Below, piece after piece: positions 60,701 through 64,000 of a stretch of DNA of 64,000 nt (positions are counted from its first letter, which is position 1; every line of letters begins with the position of its first letter). The DNA comes from a virus (lineage: Duplodnaviria; Caudoviricetes), in the IMG/VR virus record IMGVR_UViG_642918906_000001, positions 160,001 through 224,000 of that record; one strand, written 5' to 3'. The notes under the pieces are model-generated. The model searched no databases, was not told the DNA's origin, and saw only the letters and a list, made by a program, of their open reading frames with translations. Both the position numbers and the translations under genes were made by a program.

Positions 60701-61174
60701 ATGAAGCGCATTACAACTGATTTGTCAGTATCTCTGAAAGACCTTACTGTTGAAAAGGTCCGTGAGATCGTTATGTCTACAGAAGACGACCTGTGGGCTA
60801 AGCCTTATGTCGACACAATCTGTGAAGACTTCGGTTATCTTGATCCAGGTATGTGGCCAATGAGTGAGTTGACCGTACGTCATTTGGCTGTACACGCTTA
60901 CAACCGTGGTGCCTACTACAATGCCCGCACCGGCGAAGGTTCCCGCAATGCACAATGTCATCAGTTCATGGATCTGTTACTGAGCTATGCATCGTCAATG
61001 GAAGGTAGTTTGCCACCATCCCTACGTTACAAAGAGAGTGAGCGGATGCCTTACCTGATCTATGAGCAACTGGGTAAGTTTGACTTCCTGGGCTACATTA
61101 AAAACGTACCTGAGTTGAGCCATAAGTGGTCTATCTACGGTTGGGAAATCCAATCTGTGTATTCTTACGAGTAA
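60701..61174 (+). CDS. Hypothetical protein
   Basis: MKRITT start at 60701, just after the upstream stop. Confidence 0.6.
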   Translation: MKRITTDLSVSLKDLTVEKVREIVMSTEDDLWAKPYVDTICEDFGYLDPGMWPMSELTVRHLAVHAYNRGAYYNARTGEGSRNAQCHQFMDLLLSYASSMEGSLPPSLRYKESERMPYLIYEQLGKFDFLGYIKNVPELSHKWSIYGWEIQSVYSYE

Positions 61175-61176
61175 GT

Positions 61177-61212
61177 CATAAAACGCCTCTACCTTCGGGT
61201 AGAGGCTTTATA
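61177..61212 (+). terminator. Hairpin terminator (palindrome family)
   Basis: CATAAAACGCCTCTACC-TTCG-GGTAGAGGC-TTTATA. Confidence 0.75.
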
Positions 61213-61276
61213 CCCTTTTCTTTTTGTTCAATGGTACGTAACACCCTTTTAACGAAAACGCTAATAAGGGAGTGGT

Positions 61277-61774
61277 ATGGTGTTGACATACGGAACAGTA
61301 GCAGGTATTGACTTACAAGTTTCCAAAGGCCTAGCCGTTGGTTACTTCGGGATTGAAGACGACGTGTCTAAGATATCTAGAGTAGTAGGTGACTGGGAGC
61401 TACGTACAGTCCCAGATAATCATCGACATGGAATCGGAATGATAGTCGCAGTACCAACAAACCGTAGAACACGCAAGATCTATAATAAAGGTCGTATCGC
61501 CTGGCTAATGGCTTTAGATTTCTCTGAGGAGAAAGCTTGGTTGTATTTCAAAGCGTCTAGAGATCATAAACGAAAATGGGACCATCGCGTTGCACAATTT
61601 GTTTGTGATAACTTTGACTTAGATCCATTCATTATAAATGACATTATCGAGAGCGAGTCCCCACGAAGGACCTGTTTAGATCACGGCGTTTATACGACAA
61701 TGAATCCCGGACAGATATTAGGTGCATGCCAAATCCTGTCTGTGATTAATCAGCTAAAACTACAGGGAACTTAG
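61277..61774 (+). CDS. Hypothetical protein
   Basis: GGGAG RBS; 165 aa. Confidence 0.7.
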   Translation: MVLTYGTVAGIDLQVSKGLAVGYFGIEDDVSKISRVVGDWELRTVPDNHRHGIGMIVAVPTNRRTRKIYNKGRIAWLMALDFSEEKAWLYFKASRDHKRKWDHRVAQFVCDNFDLDPFIINDIIESESPRRTCLDHGVYTTMNPGQILGACQILSVINQLKLQGT

Positions 61775-61785
61775 GTTCCCTTTTT
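61764..61785 (+). terminator. Intrinsic terminator overlapping the stop codon
   Basis: AGGGAAC-TTAG-GTTCCCT-TTTT. Confidence 0.6.
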
Positions 61786-61845
61786 ATAGCCAATTCATAT
61801 GTATCATTAACTTTTGTTATTGGGTAAGGCCCATGGGAGTACCAC

Positions 61846-62277
61846 GTGAACTTTTTCGTAGATTGCGAATTCGACGTACCAACTAAAACACTGATCAGCC
61901 TTGGCATTATTAGCGAGGATGGTCTGCGTGAATTTTACGAAGTGTTAGACTATTCTAACATTCAGGACGAATGGGTAAAACAGAATGTTATTCCTATCCT
62001 ACAGAAAGCCCCTATCACTCGTGAAGAATTTCAAATCAAGCTGACTAAGTTCTGTGGTCAGTTCGCTGGTATGCACATTATCGTTAACCATCCGAATGAC
62101 GTTATTTATTTCAGTGAGGCTCTCTTGGGTGAAAAAGGTAAATGGATTAAGATCCAACCATTAACTTTTGAGGTTGATGACAAACTAAGTGGTAAGGGAT
62201 CTAAGCTACTCCACAATGCTCTTTACGATGCTATGGCTACCCGTGAAGATTGGTTATTACAGAATGGATTTAAATAG
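61846..62277 (+). CDS. DEDDh 3'-5' exoribonuclease (Rv2179c-like)
   Basis: FVDCEF, LISLG, WV..NVIP.L, HNALYDA. Confidence 0.8.
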   Translation: MNFFVDCEFDVPTKTLISLGIISEDGLREFYEVLDYSNIQDEWVKQNVIPILQKAPITREEFQIKLTKFCGQFAGMHIIVNHPNDVIYFSEALLGEKGKWIKIQPLTFEVDDKLSGKGSKLLHNALYDAMATREDWLLQNGFK

Positions 62278-62286
62278 GTAATAAAA

Positions 62287-62958
62287 ATGTCAACATATCA
62301 ACAAATGACGGAGGCCCGTAACCGTCGTTGCAGGCCCGAGACACTCTTAAGACTACTGCTTTCCACTAGTTATCCTTTATCGACCCTGAGTGACCTCACA
62401 CTGGCTCTAAATGTACATGGTGGTGAGACTAACAAAGACGAACTCGAACGTAATGCTGAAGACCTTCGTGAAGTAGAACGCAACTACACTTTGTATGACT
62501 TTGTACGGTGCGTTGAAATCCGTAGAACCCTTGGTGGTATCCGTATCGTAACCAAAGGACTTGACATCGATCCAGCAATGAAGGCAATCAATGATTGCAC
62601 TGAAACCCATAAAGAAATGGCTGCTGTAGATATCACTCTGGTTAAAGGAGATGAAGCTCTTGATGACGTAGAAGGTTTAGCAACTCGTCTGATGGAGATG
62701 TTCTATCGTTCACAAGTGAAGTCTAAACGTCCAGGTGATTCAATCGAACACACTGAATGGCGATGCCGTGTTAAAGAAGTAGATCGTAACAAACCGGGTA
62801 AGCCAACACGTACTGTTGACACTACCCTGGATGTCAAGCAAGCAATCCATCGCCTGAGTACATCTTTACGTAAACGTAGCTTCCACATCGTCCTCACGCA
62901 GAACTGTATTCTACTGATGGATCAGAAAGCTAGACTGTTTGGTGTTAGCAAAAAATGA
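62287..62958 (+). CDS. Hypothetical protein
   Basis: AGGT RBS; 223 aa. Confidence 0.7.
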   Translation: MSTYQQMTEARNRRCRPETLLRLLLSTSYPLSTLSDLTLALNVHGGETNKDELERNAEDLREVERNYTLYDFVRCVEIRRTLGGIRIVTKGLDIDPAMKAINDCTETHKEMAAVDITLVKGDEALDDVEGLATRLMEMFYRSQVKSKRPGDSIEHTEWRCRVKEVDRNKPGKPTRTVDTTLDVKQAIHRLSTSLRKRSFHIVLTQNCILLMDQKARLFGVSKK

Positions 62959-62960
62959 CA

Positions 62961-62997
62961 GCATAAAGCCCAGCCGTAGTGGCTGGGCAATATGTCG
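62961..62997. terminator. Bidirectional hairpin; inverted twin of 19515-19551
   Basis: Reverse complement is CGACATATTGCCCAGCC-ACTAC-GGCTGGGCTTTATGC. Confidence 0.8.
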
Positions 62998-63999
62998 TTA
63001 CGGAATGCGTGTTGTACTAGATGCACCGATTTGCCACCACGTACTGTCACGCGTGTTGAAAGCATGACGTCCAACGTTGAACAACAAGTTGGCTGTTTGT
63101 GGATGCTTGACCCAAACCATAGGTAGGTCATCCCAATAGTAAACATCGTTAGTTGCAGCAACTAACACCGCATCACCTTTCGCTCCAGTTGCTGGAGTAT
63201 TAGACATCCACTCGGTAGTCGTCGCATAGATCTTCAGTCGAATAGGGCGTAGTCTTGAATTAGCTACAAAAGCTAATCTTGATTTACCCATAAACTTCCA
63301 AGTATAACTGGTAGGAGAACTACCTAGGTTTTCAGCGTCATGGTAGAACTGATCACAAAAAGATTGTAGATCAGTTTTAATAGTAGGGATACTACTAATA
63401 CCGGTGTAGTATGGGTGACCCCTTACTGACTTGATAAACTCGCTTAACGTACCTGAGTTAACATAGTACGTTTCTGGTGCCGATACGTTTATAGTAGTAC
63501 TGATAGAATACTCAAACGGATCAGTTATCTTAAATGTGATTACGTCACCACTAACAGCACCTAGAGGACATCCAGCACCGGTAAATGGTTGATACGATGT
63601 GACCCCTTCAAGACTTCTGAAATACCCTTGCAGAATACCGTTCTTAAGGATCTCACCGGAATAAGTCTGTGTAACACCTGCACCAGGAAACAGAGATAGA
63701 TCGATACCACGTTTGTAAGTAGTCTGTGGTGATCCCACGGTTCGACCGAGGCTATCCCTCAGTATAATGACACTAGGGTCGATTACTTGGAACAACATTG
63801 GTTTAGTTAAGATCGTACCATCGTCCAATTGCACCAGTACGTTAACCCGATAAGTACCAGCTGTATTCATCGGTACAACTAGGGGTTGATCTGGATCAAC
63901 TTCTTCGTTGGTATATAGTTCAGGCATTACCAGTGATTCAGATGCACCCGCGAATATGTAGGCTGTATCAGGTAATCCGTTTAACAATGGGTGAGATTC
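62998..63999 (-). CDS. Beta-rich putative virion protein; 5'-truncated by window edge
   Basis: Frame open to window end; Ig-like GTYRVNV; C-terminal GDAVLV...VYYW...W module like those in the tail fibre. Confidence 0.55.
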   Translation of the reverse strand, partial: ESHPLLNGLPDTAYIFAGASESLVMPELYTNEEVDPDQPLVVPMNTAGTYRVNVLVQLDDGTILTKPMLFQVIDPSVIILRDSLGRTVGSPQTTYKRGIDLSLFPGAGVTQTYSGEILKNGILQGYFRSLEGVTSYQPFTGAGCPLGAVSGDVITFKITDPFEYSISTTINVSAPETYYVNSGTLSEFIKSVRGHPYYTGISSIPTIKTDLQSFCDQFYHDAENLGSSPTSYTWKFMGKSRLAFVANSRLRPIRLKIYATTTEWMSNTPATGAKGDAVLVAATNDVYYWDDLPMVWVKHPQTANLLFNVGRHAFNTRDSTWWQIGASSTTRIP

Positions 64000-64000
64000 A

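Noticed and set aside
1-64000. tRNA, rRNA, integrase or transposase genes
   Set aside because: No cloverleaf in the short intergenic gaps and no recombinase or transposase motifs seen by eye; tRNAscan was not run

Overview
This window is 64 kb of a phiKZ-like (Chimalliviridae-type) jumbo phage genome, probably infecting Pseudomonas. Gene order follows the phiKZ gp144-gp188 block as I recall it; no database search was run, so gp numbers are positional or motif-based. It encodes: a DUF3380-type endolysin (5'-truncated), a long repetitive tail fibre, split virion RNA polymerase subunits, UvsX, RNase H, inner-head proteins, PAAR and central spike, SbcC, head maturation protease, a 2337-aa tail lytic transglycosylase, a baseplate protein, thymidylate kinase and a DEDD exonuclease. 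Three cassettes of small accessory genes follow early-type promoters. Most notable: (1) a Tad1-like immune-signal sponge domain fused to an acidic, head-protein-like propeptide with head-protease motifs, suggesting a virion-packaged anti-defence protein; (2) a 336-nt ORF-less group I intron splitting the virion RNAP beta gene, with splice sites readable from the sequence; (3) a dispersed family of small single-pass membrane proteins in the early cassettes; (4) a family of intergenic palindromes with conserved flanks; (5) a candidate spanin pair. I saw no tRNA, rRNA or CRISPR array.
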